Positions 1 to 13,383 are shown, numbered from the stretch's first letter. The stretch: 64,000 bases of DNA from Schmidtea polychroa (GCA_044892525.1 CM097885.1:26724001-26788000), one strand, 5' to 3'. Translations and numbers: made by a program. Notes: generated from the sequence alone by a model not told the origin.

Positions 1-172
1 TAAGTAGTATTTTGATATATTATTTTTTAGCACAAAATCTTTTAGTATACGAATGCCCGATATCGTGGTATGATTTTTTTAAAGTTTGGCCAGCACTGCT
101 GGCCATTATACATTGTAAAACATCTGGAACAAAATTTGTGGCCAGTAGTGCTGGCCTACCGTCCGCAACCGG
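1..172. mobile_element. Probable right end of a piggyBac-like element or MITE
   Basis: Ends ...GCAACCGG followed by TTAA (173-176). Two subterminal imperfect palindromes GGCCAG-n5-CTGGCC (~88-104, 140-156). The left end lies outside the window. Confidence 0.4.
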
Positions 173-200
173 TTAATAAATAATATATGAAATCTTAATA

Positions 201-433
201 GTGGGTCACAGGTAATCCACATTTTACCCGTTCGTGCCATTTCCGACGCAACCCAAGACATAAAGACTTGTTTAATCATTCGATGCTCGTTGAGGCATCA
301 ACGTTGATAATATGTTGTATGGGCAAATACTGGCGAGACGTGAGTGTACCTCTGTACACTATAATCGCCGAGCATTCGAATGGGTTCATGGGCTGCCGAT
401 AAAAGGCCTGTACCCGACTTCAGTTAGGTCCCC
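201..433 (-). ncRNA. Structured 3' RNA module of the unclassified element, copy A
   Basis: Reverse complement aligns to 59439-59667. Stems GGG/CCC, AGTGTAC/GTACACT, CGTTGA/TCAACG and GGGTTGC/GTGACCC show compensatory or wobble changes. Confidence 0.7.
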
Positions 434-1968
434 TTACTTTATTCTCCATTGACGCGAACCTTAGAAGATCTGCTTCCCTATTGCTTTTAAATCTTTCACT
501 TGAAAAACGCGACCACACAATACACAAGTTTATTACTATATCCACACATTGTTTAAGTGACTGTCAGTCATATGAGTCAAGAACAAGTTGAGCGCCTCGA
601 GATTCGGGTTTCTTTGAAAGTAAAGTTAAAATTTACTTTTGAAATTTTGACAGGGATCTGCCCTTATTTTATTCATTTAAGCATGATGATCTGACCTATG
701 ACTTCAACTTATATGATTGATATTACTCTGGTATTTCTATTGTGTTCTGTTAGGAATTTGAGTCTAGAATAGTTTAAATGCTCGTTAATCAAATACTCAA
801 TCAAATACAAATAGTAAGTTTGATCTACAAAATTATTCCTCAGAATTGGTTCACAAATGTGATTCACAAAATGAAAAAATAATACGTTTGAGTTCAACTC
901 TTTTTACTAACTAAAATCGAGTTTTACTCGAAATAAATAATGGAATTAGAATTTCCTGAAAATCAAATTAGTTGAACAGAGTCTATGAGCCTGTTTAATT
1001 ATTTTGTTTCTAGGGAAAATGCCGTTTACCAAATTGTTTTACTGAGAGATATTGTTGCGTGATCCAATTATTTTGAAAGAGAGAAACCTATACAGAGGAG
1101 TGACATTGTAAAACAGTTGTCAGTTTGGTCGAGAACAGAAAAGAGAAGAACTCAAAGAACAGTCGATAAGAAAGAAGAGCTAATTGATCAATAAAAAGTA
1201 CTTAACAAAAATACATAAACGGTTTCCGTTTAGTATAACTACGTATAATATATCTTTAAAAAGAGTAGATCAATTTGAAGTGTAGTTAGCGATATTGCAA
1301 AATTGTTTTGAAATTGAATAAAATATTTTGTGTTGTTTTAGTCGATTATTTGAAACAAAGAGCACAAGAAGTCAGACTCTTTACCTACTTTACGATAGTA
1401 ACCCAACAGTATTTATTTTTCTTCCAAACAGTGAATTTCTCTATCCACTTATAGTGTAAGAAATCGTTGATTTTAAGTTTTTGCTAAGGCTCATAAACAC
1501 ACATTTATTATATGTATGAGTAATTTATATTATTGAATCTTTAAATCAATGTCATTTTTGTCATCAACAATAGCGTTTTTGTATATTGATCCAATAATAA
1601 TTTGTAAGTTTTAACTATAATACATAAACATATTTGATATAGGTTAGTTTTATTTTTATTGTTGAAACGCTAAATATGTAAATTACCCGCATCAATTTCG
1701 GTTTTGGTGTAAATAAAATTATACTAAAAATATAACAAGAGAAGTCTAATATACATATATTCTTGTTGAAATAAATAGAGCTCGAAAAATATAAATCTAT
1801 ATCAGAAAATTTTAAATGTTTATCTAACATACGTAAAATCACTAAAATATTTAAATAAATATGTAAACATGTATATAAATTTCTCTAAAATAATAATAAA
1901 ATTCTAATAATAATCTTCACAGACACCTCGATATAAAATATGATGCGTAATCAATCAAAATCATCCAA

Positions 1969-3411
1969 TTAAAATAATTCAGTTAAATCAACTTTTATAT
2001 TCGGTAAAACCTTCGATCCGACTAATTTACAAAATTCTTCAATCATTCCTATTAAATCCGAAGACAGCTGCGGAAGAAAGCGCCTTAATTTAAACGGCTT
2101 CCTCGAAACGATTACATTAATTAATTCCGACAACTGAGTTATTGATTTGTTTTCCAGACTGAATTTATCCGTTTCCGAGTCAGCAGCGAATCTAGCGAAT
2201 TTAGATTCGTCAAGAATTTTCTGACAAATTTTCACGTCGACCCAACTGTAAGTCATTGGACACAACAGCATAGATCCACTAAATTGAGCTTTGTATCGAA
2301 TTTTGGCACATTCATGTGCATAAGAGCCCAAATGATAGAATCTGAAATGAGGATCGGAATATTTTATTCGTAATTCATTGACGAAATTTATTTCATAGAG
2401 TGCAGAAAATATTCCCAAATTCAGGAATGAATAATCCGGATCATAGAAAAGATAAACAGACGACAAAGCGCTCGGAACAATATCGATAACTCCAACAGCA
2501 ATTAAATGGGTTCCATCTAGCCAATATTGCTGATGATATTGGCCTTGAGGAAGATTTCGTTTAGGACGATTTAAATCGATTATATCTGATGTTTTGTTGT
2601 GATAAATACCACCTTTGATAAGAAATCGTTCAAATTGTTTCATATCAACCTCACTGGGACGATCGTTATGAATTTTACACTGGTATTTAGTATATATTTT
2701 ATGTTCCTCGGATTTCGTTTCACTAAATTCCTTAACTTCCGGATAAGAACGAAGAGTTTTTATTACTAATGAATGTTTCGGTGACACTAAATCTGAATAA
2801 TCTAAATATTCTGAAAGCGACTTTGACTTTTGTTTCAGCTGCCTTCTTAATCGTTTCTGGTGATAATTCGCAAGTAATTCATCAAAAGGTTTATTTTCAA
2901 TTTCAGCTTGATGCTTCAATTTTGTTAACTTTCTATTGAAACGAATATGTTTTGCTTTCTTCGATTTATCGTGTTTAATTCCAGAGCCAAATTTTAAAAG
3001 TGAATTTTCGTTTATATTAACCGATGTATCAGTTACCGACGCTTCATCACCCTTAGCATTTATATTAGAGTTAGTTGATTTCTTTTTGACAATTCCTTCT
3101 TTACCTGAAATTAAAAATTTTCGGAAATTTTTTAAAACTGTTCGTTGAGATTTAGATAATTCAAAATTTGCTGCATCACATCGTATTATGTAAAGAGGAC
3201 AGCAGGTAGTATCATTTTTTTGTTTATAAAAATAAGTACCACATCTTCGCCAACCTCTATTCATTAGATTTAAATAAGTTTCAGGTTTCATGTTATCACA
3301 GAATATTTTAAAACGAAATTTCTTTGAATTTGGTACATTGCAATATTCGCAATGTTCACCTTCACTCTTTTTATCAATAATTACTGCATCGATATCAGCT
3401 GGAAAGCTCAT
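1969..3411 (-). CDS. ATE1: Arginyl-tRNA--protein transferase 1, divergent paralogue A (intronless, 480 aa)
   Basis: HCEYC...RGWRRCGTYFYK...TCCPLYIIRC N-terminal domain; HQQYWLDG..LIAVGVIDIVPSALSSVYLFYDPDYSFLNLG and LLCP.TY.WV C-terminal domain. Confidence 0.95.
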   Translation of the reverse strand: MSFPADIDAVIIDKKSEGEHCEYCNVPNSKKFRFKIFCDNMKPETYLNLMNRGWRRCGTYFYKQKNDTTCCPLYIIRCDAANFELSKSQRTVLKNFRKFLISGKEGIVKKKSTNSNINAKGDEASVTDTSVNINENSLLKFGSGIKHDKSKKAKHIRFNRKLTKLKHQAEIENKPFDELLANYHQKRLRRQLKQKSKSLSEYLDYSDLVSPKHSLVIKTLRSYPEVKEFSETKSEEHKIYTKYQCKIHNDRPSEVDMKQFERFLIKGGIYHNKTSDIIDLNRPKRNLPQGQYHQQYWLDGTHLIAVGVIDIVPSALSSVYLFYDPDYSFLNLGIFSALYEINFVNELRIKYSDPHFRFYHLGSYAHECAKIRYKAQFSGSMLLCPMTYSWVDVKICQKILDESKFARFAADSETDKFSLENKSITQLSELINVIVSRKPFKLRRFLPQLSSDLIGMIEEFCKLVGSKVLPNIKVDLTELF

Positions 3412-4523
3412 TACAAAAATTTCTTAAATTAAATTAATAACATATTCTTATTTTGAATTTATGTAACAATAACTTTAATAAAACACTGACCTTATTTGAG
3501 ATTACCGAAAAGTTTAATTATAGATTGAAATTTTGTTAAATTTAGATTAAAATTTCCGATTAAAATTATTTTATAAAAATTTTTAATATTTAAAAATCAA
3601 TTATTTGTCTTTTAAAATCAAAAGTGTGAAAGTTGATAGTAAAAGTGAATCGCAAGAGAACTTTAAATATATTTACTGGTCAAACAATAAAGCAAAATAA
3701 AAAATATTTGCAACAATTATTTTCTTTAAAAAACGGGTTGATAAAATTAAACGGCAAGATGGAAAAAAATTTGCGGCACTTAACATAACTACAAATTAAT
3801 TAAATATTTCAATCTCAATTTATTCATTATTATCTTCATAGTAACTGCTTTTTTGTGTCAGTTTGGTTCTTAGCTGATAATTATTTTCGTCATCTTGGCT
3901 TCAAATTGACCTTGATCCCGAAATACCAAATAATATTTCTTTTTTACCATTGCCATAATTAAAGTTATTTCGATTGGTTACTATGTAAGAATTGTATAAT
4001 AAGGCTGGTTAATTCTGACTAATTGCGTTTGTTTGTGCACACTTCTTTTCTGAGTGTAGACACGAGTGGTCGAGTTTGGATTTTATTTAGGTTTGATATT
4101 TTCGATTTTTGTTTGTGGAATTTGGATTTGTTGGAGTTTGTTTAAAAAGTAGGAATTTCTGATGTTGGATGATGAGGGTAGGCCCATCACCACATTTAAC
4201 CTCAACAGATATCATGAGACAGGGCCCAAGAGATACAGGGTAAATGTGTACGCCGAAGAGCGTGGATAAATAAATCCTCTCCAATGGCTCAACAATCCAA
4301 TTTCCCAACAATTCAACAATCCAATTCCTCAAACAATAACAATAACCAACAATCCAATTCCTCAAATAATAACAACAACTGTTAATATTGTCTGTGTGCT
4401 AAACTTTATCAAATTTTATTTTTATTGACATCGATCAACATTATTTTAACTTTATTGAATTACATTGTGTATAAATTTTTAGTTGTATTTTATTATAAAT
4501 TTTATGTACACGTATAATTTGTA

Positions 4524-4526
<3 letters not shown>

Positions 4527-4590
<64 letters not shown>
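4527..4590. repeat. (TA)n microsatellite
   Basis: Perfect TA run. Confidence 0.95.
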
Positions 4591-4594
<4 letters not shown>

Positions 4595-4599
4595 GGTAT

Positions 4600-5036
4600 T
4601 TAAAAAAAAGAAATTGATAAAAGAAGACGACATTGGATACAGTTGAGATACATAGATTGGTAAGAGAGAACAGTGAGAAAGCAGCTAAACGAATGAAAGA
4701 GATGGAAACAGAGAAGAGAACGAATCGATGTTTCACGGTGGGGGAGAAAGTATTAGTTCGGAAAGAACCACAAAATCGCGACAAAGATGGACTACAGTAT
4801 GAAGGTCCTTTTGTCATATCAAAGTTTTTGTCAGAACGCCAGGTGGAATTGAGTGACGGGACGACAAAGAAAGTCAGACGAATTGAATGGCTTAAGAGAT
4901 GGGCAGTTCCTTAAAGAAGGGGAGAGTTATGGAAAGTTGTTTGTTTTAATAATATTCGATTTAGCGTTTTTTTGAAAAATATATTTTAATTGCATTTATT
5001 GATTTTATGAATTTAGAAGTTGAAGACATCATAACT
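4600..5036 (+). mobile_element. Gypsy-type LTR retrotransposon 3' remnant (integrase C-terminus, PPT, short LTR)
   Basis: ORF 4633-4914 FTVGEKVLVR...YEGPFVI...RIEWLKRW resembles the Gypsy integrase C-terminal region. Polypurine tract AAAGAAGGGGAG follows, then AGTTATG(4925)...CATAACT(5036) inverted termini. Confidence 0.7.
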
Positions 5037-5776
5037 ATAAATAATAATAATAATTTTAAAAGTCTTAATTTTTACAAGTAATAATTAATTAAGGCCATAA
5101 TTTCATATTAATAATTAAGGCCAAGTTAAATGAAATGTTAATAATTAAGACCAAGTAAATGAAATTTAATTTAATTCACAAGGCCAAGTTAAATGAAATT
5201 TAATATCAGTCTGACGAGACTGAAATGAATAAAATTAATTCACATATAGAATCTAAAATTAATTTATTCAAAATATTTTAGTATATAAATGACTCACAAA
5301 ATCAGTGTAGTCGCCCAAAAATTTAGCGTTAAAACATTTATTCGAAGGTTAATCCTAAGAATATTATAAAACCAGAATCAGACAGAATCGATTCACATTT
5401 TGACCAAACTTACTAAGACACAGCACGCACTACATAACATAAAACATAACACACACATATATATATTTTGCAAGTAGTTTGAAAGAAGTGATCAAAGAAA
5501 TAATTGTTCAAGTTTACGAATTATTCTAGAACTGAAATTGTCTATAATTGGTAAATTTTAATTATAATAAATATTTATATACAGATTTGTTTTGATTTAT
5601 ACCCATATAAGAACCAGACAAGTTGAGTGTTTTCGAATATCGAGACCTCAACACTGATATTTTAAGTAAAAGTCTCGATTAGTGGAATTTATTTATTTTA
5701 TTTTCAAATATTTTGTGACAACGAAGATGAAAAAAGATGTTACTATGATTATTGATAATGGATGCGGGTTCGTTAG

Positions 5777-6237
5777 TGTTGATGGGTTATTGGGTCGTTG
5801 GTGAAATTTAAATTTAATGAATTATTTCTCTGATTCGAAGTGTGCCTTTCGTTGACCAACAAATAACAATTAACACTGGAAACTTTATTGAATATCAAAA
5901 ATATTTTTACAATGATACAATTGGCTCAACAAGCTAAGTACCGATTATGCAGTGCTTATTACAACACTATGGTGAGGAATAGCACACGCGTATAACCTTG
6001 ATTTTACAAATCTCTTACAACTGAGGAATTTAACAATTGATAATTTAACTGGTTGTTTTCTAGTTTGACTTTGATTTACTGACCGAACTTTACTCTGTTA
6101 TTAACTGAATAAACTCCTGCAGTGTATCTCTTTATTTCTGCTTTTCTCTTTAAGTTTCTCTGAATCAATTCTCTTCAAGTTCTCCAAATAAATGTCGTCG
6201 TTTTACCTCAATTATTCTGTCCTTTGTCGCAATATTA

Positions 6238-6240
<3 letters not shown>
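5777..6240 (-). mobile_element. Partial LTR related to 9277-10297
   Basis: Begins TGTTGATGGGTTATT; reverse complement aligns by eye with ~10050-10295. Confidence 0.55.

Positions 6241-6318
<78 letters not shown>
6241..6318. repeat. (TAT)n microsatellite
   Basis: Perfect trinucleotide run. Confidence 0.95.
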
Positions 6319-6319
<1 letters not shown>

Positions 6320-6616
6320 TTCTGTCGATATTTTTCTTAACCTTGTCAATATTGTAACGCTGCATTGAAATCTATAGTCAATTTAGTTGATTTTTTAAAA
6401 AGTTCTCTCAGTCCATTGCTGAAATTCTATTTATCGTCAGTTGTAAAATATTTCTTTATGACATATGTTGTTAAAAATGAATTCACGAATTTTCGTCTAA
6501 ATTCTTCTATAATTGATAAAAATATTCCGAATTTTTAAATGAAATCTTCGATATCAGATTCGAGTTCATAATTTTCTGGAGCTTTTATAAAATTGATCAT
6601 CCTAGTCGCCACATTA

Positions 6617-6848
6617 GTGGTGGCTTACAGGTAAGCATACATTTTACCTTTTTGTGCTGTTTCCAGCGTAACCCAGGACATAATAGTGTCTTACCACTTG
6701 ATATCCATTGAGTGATCAATGTTGGTACTGTATTAAGTAGGTGAGTGCCAGCAAAAAGTGAGTGCGCTACTTGCACTATAATTGGCAAGTACTCATTTGG
6801 GTTTACGGACTGCCAATAGGAGGTCTATGTCCGATTTACACTGGTCCC
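6617..6848 (-). ncRNA. Structured 3' RNA module, copy B
   Basis: All four domains present. CATTGA/TCAATG replaces CGTTGA/TCAACG (compensatory). GCTG-GAAA-CAGC hairpin. Confidence 0.75.
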
Positions 6849-7252
6849 TATCTCTGGATTGTTTTTCCCGTAGTTTATTTTAAATTAATTACTGCGAAAC
6901 CCGATACTCAAATCTTTGCTAAATTAACTTGAATGATCAGTATTTTTTTTATTTACTGGATTATTAATGACTAGAATTTAAAGTTCTTTAATTATTTTTT
7001 ATTTTTTAATTATTTTTAAATTTCTTTAATTAATTTTGTCCATTAATTACATTTTGATATTTATTTAGTATGTTTTGAATAATTTAAATTTTTATAATGA
7101 TTTAATCAATTTTTACATAGTTATTGGTGCCTTGAGTTGTGTGGGTGCCTTGAGGGATGTGTCATTTTATTTGTTAAAAATGTTAGGGGTAATTGTAAGC
7201 ACTAAATCGACTCCTCCCTAAACGCCTTCACGATTATTATACTTTAGATCAT

Positions 7253-7390
7253 CTGTGTACCCATGGCGACGACTATGTTGGTACTGTACACAGTGGCGGA
7301 AAATCAATGAGCAGGTGAGCTCTATTGCTAAAACTATTCCTCATTGTATTTTCCTTACGGGTTCTGGACTGCCGATAGAACGTCTTATAT
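7253..7390 (-). ncRNA. Structured RNA module, divergent subfamily copy C
   Basis: Reverse complement: TTCTATCGGCAGTCC..GAACCC; CAATGAG/CTCATTG stem enclosing AGTTTTA-GCAA-TAGAGCT-CAC; CTGTGTAC-AGTACCAA-CATAG..CCATG-G-GTACACAG. Confidence 0.6.
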
Positions 7391-8284
7391 CATTTTTCAT
7401 TGTCAATTTCTATTGTTAGATCATTGAAATGCCTTCATTTAACTATTGTCCTTATTTCTGGATGTTTCTATTATTTTCTTCAAAAATTTGAGCAGGGATC
7501 GGCCCTTATTCCTACGTTAATAAGTGTGGTTCCATATTCCCCATAAAATTTGAGTAGGGATCTGCCAGCATTCTCTAATCGTGACCTATTTGAGATTCTA
7601 ACCATTTGCAGAACCAATAGAATTAATCAAACTGAACCCTATCTACCGATGACTAGCCTTAGTTAACCTGTCACTACTTCTAACTCCTTCGCATTCATAA
7701 AAATAATGGTAACTGGCTCATTCTATGCTATCTATATTCAAACAAGGCTCCAAACTGTCTAAAATGACTCTATATTTCCTATCGACCCTATTCCTAACTA
7801 TGTCCTATAAAATGATGTACCAAACTGGCAAAAAATCTGCTGACCAACGACACAAATGTCATCAGTTCACAACTAATTCACTCAATCTAGGGCATCAAAA
7901 CGTAAAAATCATGAAAATTATTCATCAAACCAAAGTAATTAACAAATGGATAAATTATAAATATTACTAAATTTCATAAATAAAATAGGCAAATAAAAGA
8001 ATTTACTAAACACAAGAAATAACAGGACAAAATTAAATTAAAAATTTTATTAATTCCCTAAAACATTACATTGATTTATATTGATTATACATAAATTTAC
8101 AGTTTACATAAAATTACCAAAATTCAATTCAACTTATTAAACGGTCATAAAACTGAAAACTGCCTGGCTGAATTTGTTCAGTGAATTTGAATTGGTTTAA
8201 TTAGATTTTCCAGTTAAAAACTAGTTGTTAGACTGAATTTTCAATCAGTATTTATACTGATTTTTTGTACTCCTACTATATCCA

Positions 8285-9034
8285 ATTAGAACGCGAGAAA
8301 TTTTTAATTACTTTTGCATGCATGCATGTGTGTGCAATTATTTATTTTTAATTTAATTAGTTTAATTAATCAAAAATTTTTAATTTTTATTAATTTTTAC
8401 GATTTAGTTTCATAAATTTTATAAATTAAAAAATTTTAGTTTTATTTTAGTTATTATTAATTTCAACAATTTAGTTTTTATAAATTTTATAATTTAAATA
8501 AGTTGAGTTAGTTTTTATAAATTTTATAATTTAAATAAGTTTTAAATAAGTTAGTTTCATTGATTTAAACAATTTGGTTTTATAATTTTTATAATTTAAA
8601 TAATTTTGTTGGTTTTATTTTAGTTTTCATTAAACAATTTAGTTTTATCAATTTTATAATTTACATAATTTTACTACTTTTATTTTACTTTTTTATCATT
8701 TTATTAGTTTACTGTATATTTTAGTTTCAATTTTAAATTTATTCATTTAAAACATTTTCATATTATTAATTAATTTATTATCGATTATTTTATTTATTAT
8801 TAATTTATTTTATAGTTGTTAGATTTTTCGAATGCGATATTTCTCCTAATTGCGTTAGTGATTGCAACTTCTTGCGTTCCTTTATTTTATTATACGTGTT
8901 TTATTTATCCTCAATGTAAAATGCATTTTAGTTTGTCTTATTTGGTGTATGACCATGGATTTTAATTCAGCTTGGTGTGATTTTATGTTATGTATTTCCG
9001 ATTCATTAAAACAATTCTCGGTTCTAGCCCAACA
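8285..9034 (-). mobile_element. LTR-like repeat of the TGTTGGGCTAGAAC family
   Basis: Ends GTTCTAGCCCAACA and shares the TGCATGCATGCA block, inverted, with the 570-bp unit at 47704. Confidence 0.55.
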
Positions 9035-9049
9035 ATAGTTATTGGTATT

Positions 9050-9276
9050 TATTAGTAAGTACTTGGTTGTTAGTACTTGGTATCTGGTTGATAGAGTTTA
9101 GTTGTAGAAGATGACAAGAAAATAATGTATGTGTTGAATATTTTGTATTTAATTGCTATTATTTTTATGTGTTGCTAGTTGATTGTTGGTACTTGGTATC
9201 TAGTTGTAAGTACTTGGCTGATAGAACTTGGTATCTAGTTGTAAATACGTGTTGGTAAGTTACTGGTTGATGATAC
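9050..9276. repeat. Degenerate minisatellite (AGTACTTGGTATCTAGTTG-like), resuming at ~10302-10435 and ~14030-14130
   Basis: Recurrent unit visible on both sides of the LTR and hAT insertions. Confidence 0.6.
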
Positions 9277-10297
9277 TGTTGAGGATACCTAAATAACAAA
9301 GAAAATTACAAAGAAATAAATGAAATTACCTTGGGGGAAGATCACCATGACAAACGGGACGATCTATTGGAACTCAGAAAAGAAAACAAAAGTGAAAAGA
9401 AATTAAAAATGAGAAAGATAAAGAAAATAAAAAGAATTAAACAGGAAAATAAAAACCAATGTCAGTACTAATTAATTAGTACAAAAAGGAAAAGGAATTT
9501 TGAAATCGAGGGGAAAGGAAAACAACAATATCCTTATCTCGACAGCTTGCTAGTGATAACAGAATTAATGGGAAAAGGCGGTCAAACAAAAAAAGAAAAA
9601 GGGAAAATGACTTGACAGCTGTCAGAGATAAAAATGGAACAGTCGGGGAAAGCAGGAGAAAGAAAATGGAAAAACACTTGATTATCTGGAGTGCCACAAA
9701 AGAAGCAAACTATATAAAGGAAAACTGTTGAACAAAATGAGAGACAAAATTAGAAACAAAAGTGATGCGAAATTGAAACAAATTAGAAGACGATTTGAGC
9801 GACAATTTGTGAGAAATTTGGAGAGATAATTTGAGAAATAAAATTATTGGAGAAAATTAGACAACGTCGGACGAAATGTGATTGGAGAAACGATTGTGAA
9901 AAAGAATTGTAAAGAATAAATGTGAATAAAACGTATTGGAGAAGATTTGAATCAAATTTGTTGAAAAATTAAACGAAAAGAAGTTACTTAATTATTTGAA
10001 TAAACTTGTGAAGAAGGTAAAAGAAAACAACCGGCTCAAAGTGCCAGTGCATAAACCAATCAGTAATTGTGATCTTTTAATTCGGTGTTATACACAAGTG
10101 CTATTCTTCACCGAGTGTTGTAATAAGCATTGTATAGTCACCAAGCAGAGTGTTGAATTTATTGTCTGTGGAAAGAGAAAGTTTATTTGTGAATATCAAT
10201 AAAGATTTCTGTTGTCAAGTGTTATTTGTGAATCGGTTAAAGACACGCTTGGAATCAGAGTAACATTTAAATTTATCACCAACTCAATAACCCGAAA
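9277..10297 (+). mobile_element. Solo LTR
   Basis: TGTTGAGG start, TATATAAAGG at 9711, AATAAA at ~10198, probable 4-bp TSD ATAC (9273-9276, 10298-10301). The 3' CA is degenerate. Confidence 0.6.
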
Positions 10298-10716
10298 ATA
10301 CTAAGTTGTTGGTATCTTGTACTTGGTAGTTGAGACGGTATTGTTAACTGATTGTTTTTATATAGTAATAGGTTGATATTTGTTAATTTCTCGATGGGAT
10401 TTACTGTTGGTTGTTAGTACATGGTAGCTAGCTAGTTAATGAGGTAGGTTGGGGTTGAATGTGACCAGTGGCGTAGCGAGGGGGGAGGGGGGACAGTTGC
10501 CCCGGGCGCCACAATTTTTGGGGCGCCGGATTGAATGCAATATATATAAAATATATAAATATAGCCAAGCATTGAAAATCAAAGAATCACGCAACGTGTA
10601 GATTATACGCCAATTTGGATACAATAACATATATTAGAAATTTTTTTAAATATAATATTTTATTATTGATTATTATTAAAACTAGATTTTATAATTTTTT
10701 AGTTTTCGGCTTTTAG

Positions 10717-13200
10717 ATGCTTCCAAAAAAACTCTCCGGTTTTCAAAATCGCAAGGACAGGCAACGAGGGAAGCAGAAGTTGAAAAACAACGAGGCAGCA
10801 TCAAAAAGTTCTTTATATACAAGAATGGTTCATCTATACGTTCAGAACCCCACATAGTAGCTGAAAAAACCACTCAGAATATTTTAGGCAAGATTTCTGT
10901 TGATTCTGAAAATGCATCAGTATCGTCACCAGAATCTCTAACCTCTGGAGACTTCCATACATCCCACACATCTGCTAATGTAGCTAATATTCAATCCGTA
11001 CTTTCTTGCAACGACATCGGCTATTTAGAGTTTGACAAGAAATCACAACGTTTGACAATTTCCAGCCGGCTCAAAGACGAATTCATAGAGCGTGGATCAT
11101 CTGCGTTTCAAAACTAAAATGGTCCATTTGAATTTCGCGATGGACGTTCAATGCATTCATCGTGGTTCACCCGCAGGCTGGCTAATGGAAATGAGATAAA
11201 TCGAACATGGTTGCTTATTCCCCATTAAAAGGTTGTGCATATTGCTTCTGTTGCCTATTATTTCCCCAGTCAGTTAACAATCGGCGATCTGGATTTACGC
11301 TGCCAGAAGGTTTCAACAATTGGAAAAGACCAGAAAAAATGTCTTCACATGAAAATAGTCCATATCATCGCGCTTTCGAGTAATGGAATCGATGTAGAAT
11401 TGCTAGCCCAAATGCAAAATGAAAAAAGAAATGGCGAGATGTTCTGAAACGCTTAGTTAGTTGCGTAAAATTCCTATCATCGCAAAATTTGGCATTACGA
11501 GGCCACGCAGAGAGTATAGCAACAAATAATGGTTATAACGCTGGAAATTCTTTTGCTACTCTGAAACTTTAAGCTGAGTTTGATCCTCTACTTTCAAACC
11601 ACCTTGATCATGCAAGACAAAATCCGGGTTCTGTATCATACTTGTCACCACAAACCCAAAATGAATTTATTAGCTTGCTAGCGTCGGAAGTAAAAACGAA
11701 ATTTCTAAATGACATCAAGAAAAACAAATACTATGGTATTCTTTTTGACTTCACTCCAGATAAAGCCCACCGCGAACAGTTATCACGCGTGATAAGATAT
11801 GTCGATGTTGATTTTTCAAACAAAACTGTGACTATTAAGGAATCATTTCTGGGCTTTATTGAGCTAAATGCCAAAGATGCGGCCACTCTTGAACATATTA
11901 TTGTTGACACCCTTGAGACCGATAATTTAAATCTGGATGACTGCAGGGCGCAATGTTATGACAATGCTGCTGTAATGAGTGGGCATATATCTGGGCTTCA
12001 ACGAAGGATTTGTAATAGAAATCCTCTCGCAATATTTGTGAATTGCAACAATCATAGCTTAAACTTGGCAGGTATGCACTCAGCTAAGCAGAATGCTGTT
12101 GTTGTTACATCTTTCGTACAATCGAAGACATCTACTTTTATTTCTCACGCTCCACACTTCGATGGAACGAGCTTAAAAATGTAATCAGCGACACCGTTAA
12201 GCGAGAATGTGAGACCAGGTGGAGTGCTAGAGCAGATGCGGTCAAAGCTGTGCATAATGGAGTAAACGAAATTGTAGGATTACTCGAAAAATTGTCCGAT
12301 GATTACAGCCAAACTCAGGACACAAGGGTTGATGCCGAAAGATTGCTTTCAACTATTCTGGAATTTAATTTTCTTGTCTTATTGCATTTTTGGCATCAAA
12401 TTCTCGGTAACATTGACCGAGTTCAAAAACGTTCGCAGGACCCAACAATAAACTTCGAGGAAGCAGCCGCAGATATGCAATATTTGGAACTTTATATCAA
12501 CGAATCGAGATCGGAATTATGCGAAGAAGCCATTCAGAAAGCAAAGGAAATGTGCAATAAATGGGGAATTGCAGTAGAATGCCGAGTCAGTCGAAGAAGA
12601 CGAATGGCGGGGAGAAGTGCCCGATACGCAGGACTTTCTTTGGAAGAAAATATTAACAAAATAATGAAAAGCATTTTTGATAGTTTAAAGGTCGAATTTT
12701 CATCGAGATTCAAACGACTTCAAGACCTTAATTTTAAATTTGGCTTTTTGCTTAATGTTAATAATTTATTAAACATGAAAAAAGTCGATTTGAAACAAAA
12801 ATGTTTGTATTTAGCAAGCTTTTATGTCAGCGACCTTAATGGAACGGAGTTTTTCAATGAAATTTGCGATACTAAAATGTTGTTGAAAACTAGATGTGAT
12901 ACCTCGCTATCATCGCCAGTTGATTTGTTAAAGTTTATAGTCCTGTATGGTGAAGATGTTTTTCCAAATTTAAGAATAGCGCTGCAGATGTTATTACCGA
13001 TTGCGGTATCAATCGGAAGCTGTGAGCGCTCTTTCAGCAAACTGAAATTAATATTATCTTATCTACGGGCATCTATGGGCCAAGAACGTTTAGATAGTCT
13101 TGCATTATTAAGCGTAGAACGTGAAACTCTTGATAGTATCAATTTTGATGATGTCATTGATACATTTGCGGCAGTAAAAGCCAGAAAAATTTATTTTTAA
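10717..13200 (+). pseudogene. hAT (ZMYM1/DUF4371-like) transposase with stops and frameshifts
   Basis: LALRGH, SPQTQNEFI, YYGILFDFTPD..HREQLS.VIRYV, CRAQCYDNAAVMSG, C.NHSLNL, ETRWSAR and CERSFSKLKLILSYLRASMGQERL dimerisation motif, split across frames. Confidence 0.92.
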
Positions 13201-13246
13201 TAAAGAGATAAACAATATTTATTGCTTACTTTTAAAAATATTATTT

Positions 13247-13383
<137 letters not shown>

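Noticed and set aside
2936..3148. Plus-strand ORF repeated at 17612-17824
   Set aside because: Antisense shadow of the duplicated ATE1 genes.
4479..4817. ORF with YIYI repeat
   Set aside because: Antisense to the Gypsy fragment plus the (TA)n run.
5205..5250. Hammerhead-like CTGACGA-GACT-GAAA
   Set aside because: Stem II is too short, there is no U-H cleavage site after stem III and no stem I; more simply a CAGTC/GACTG hairpin.
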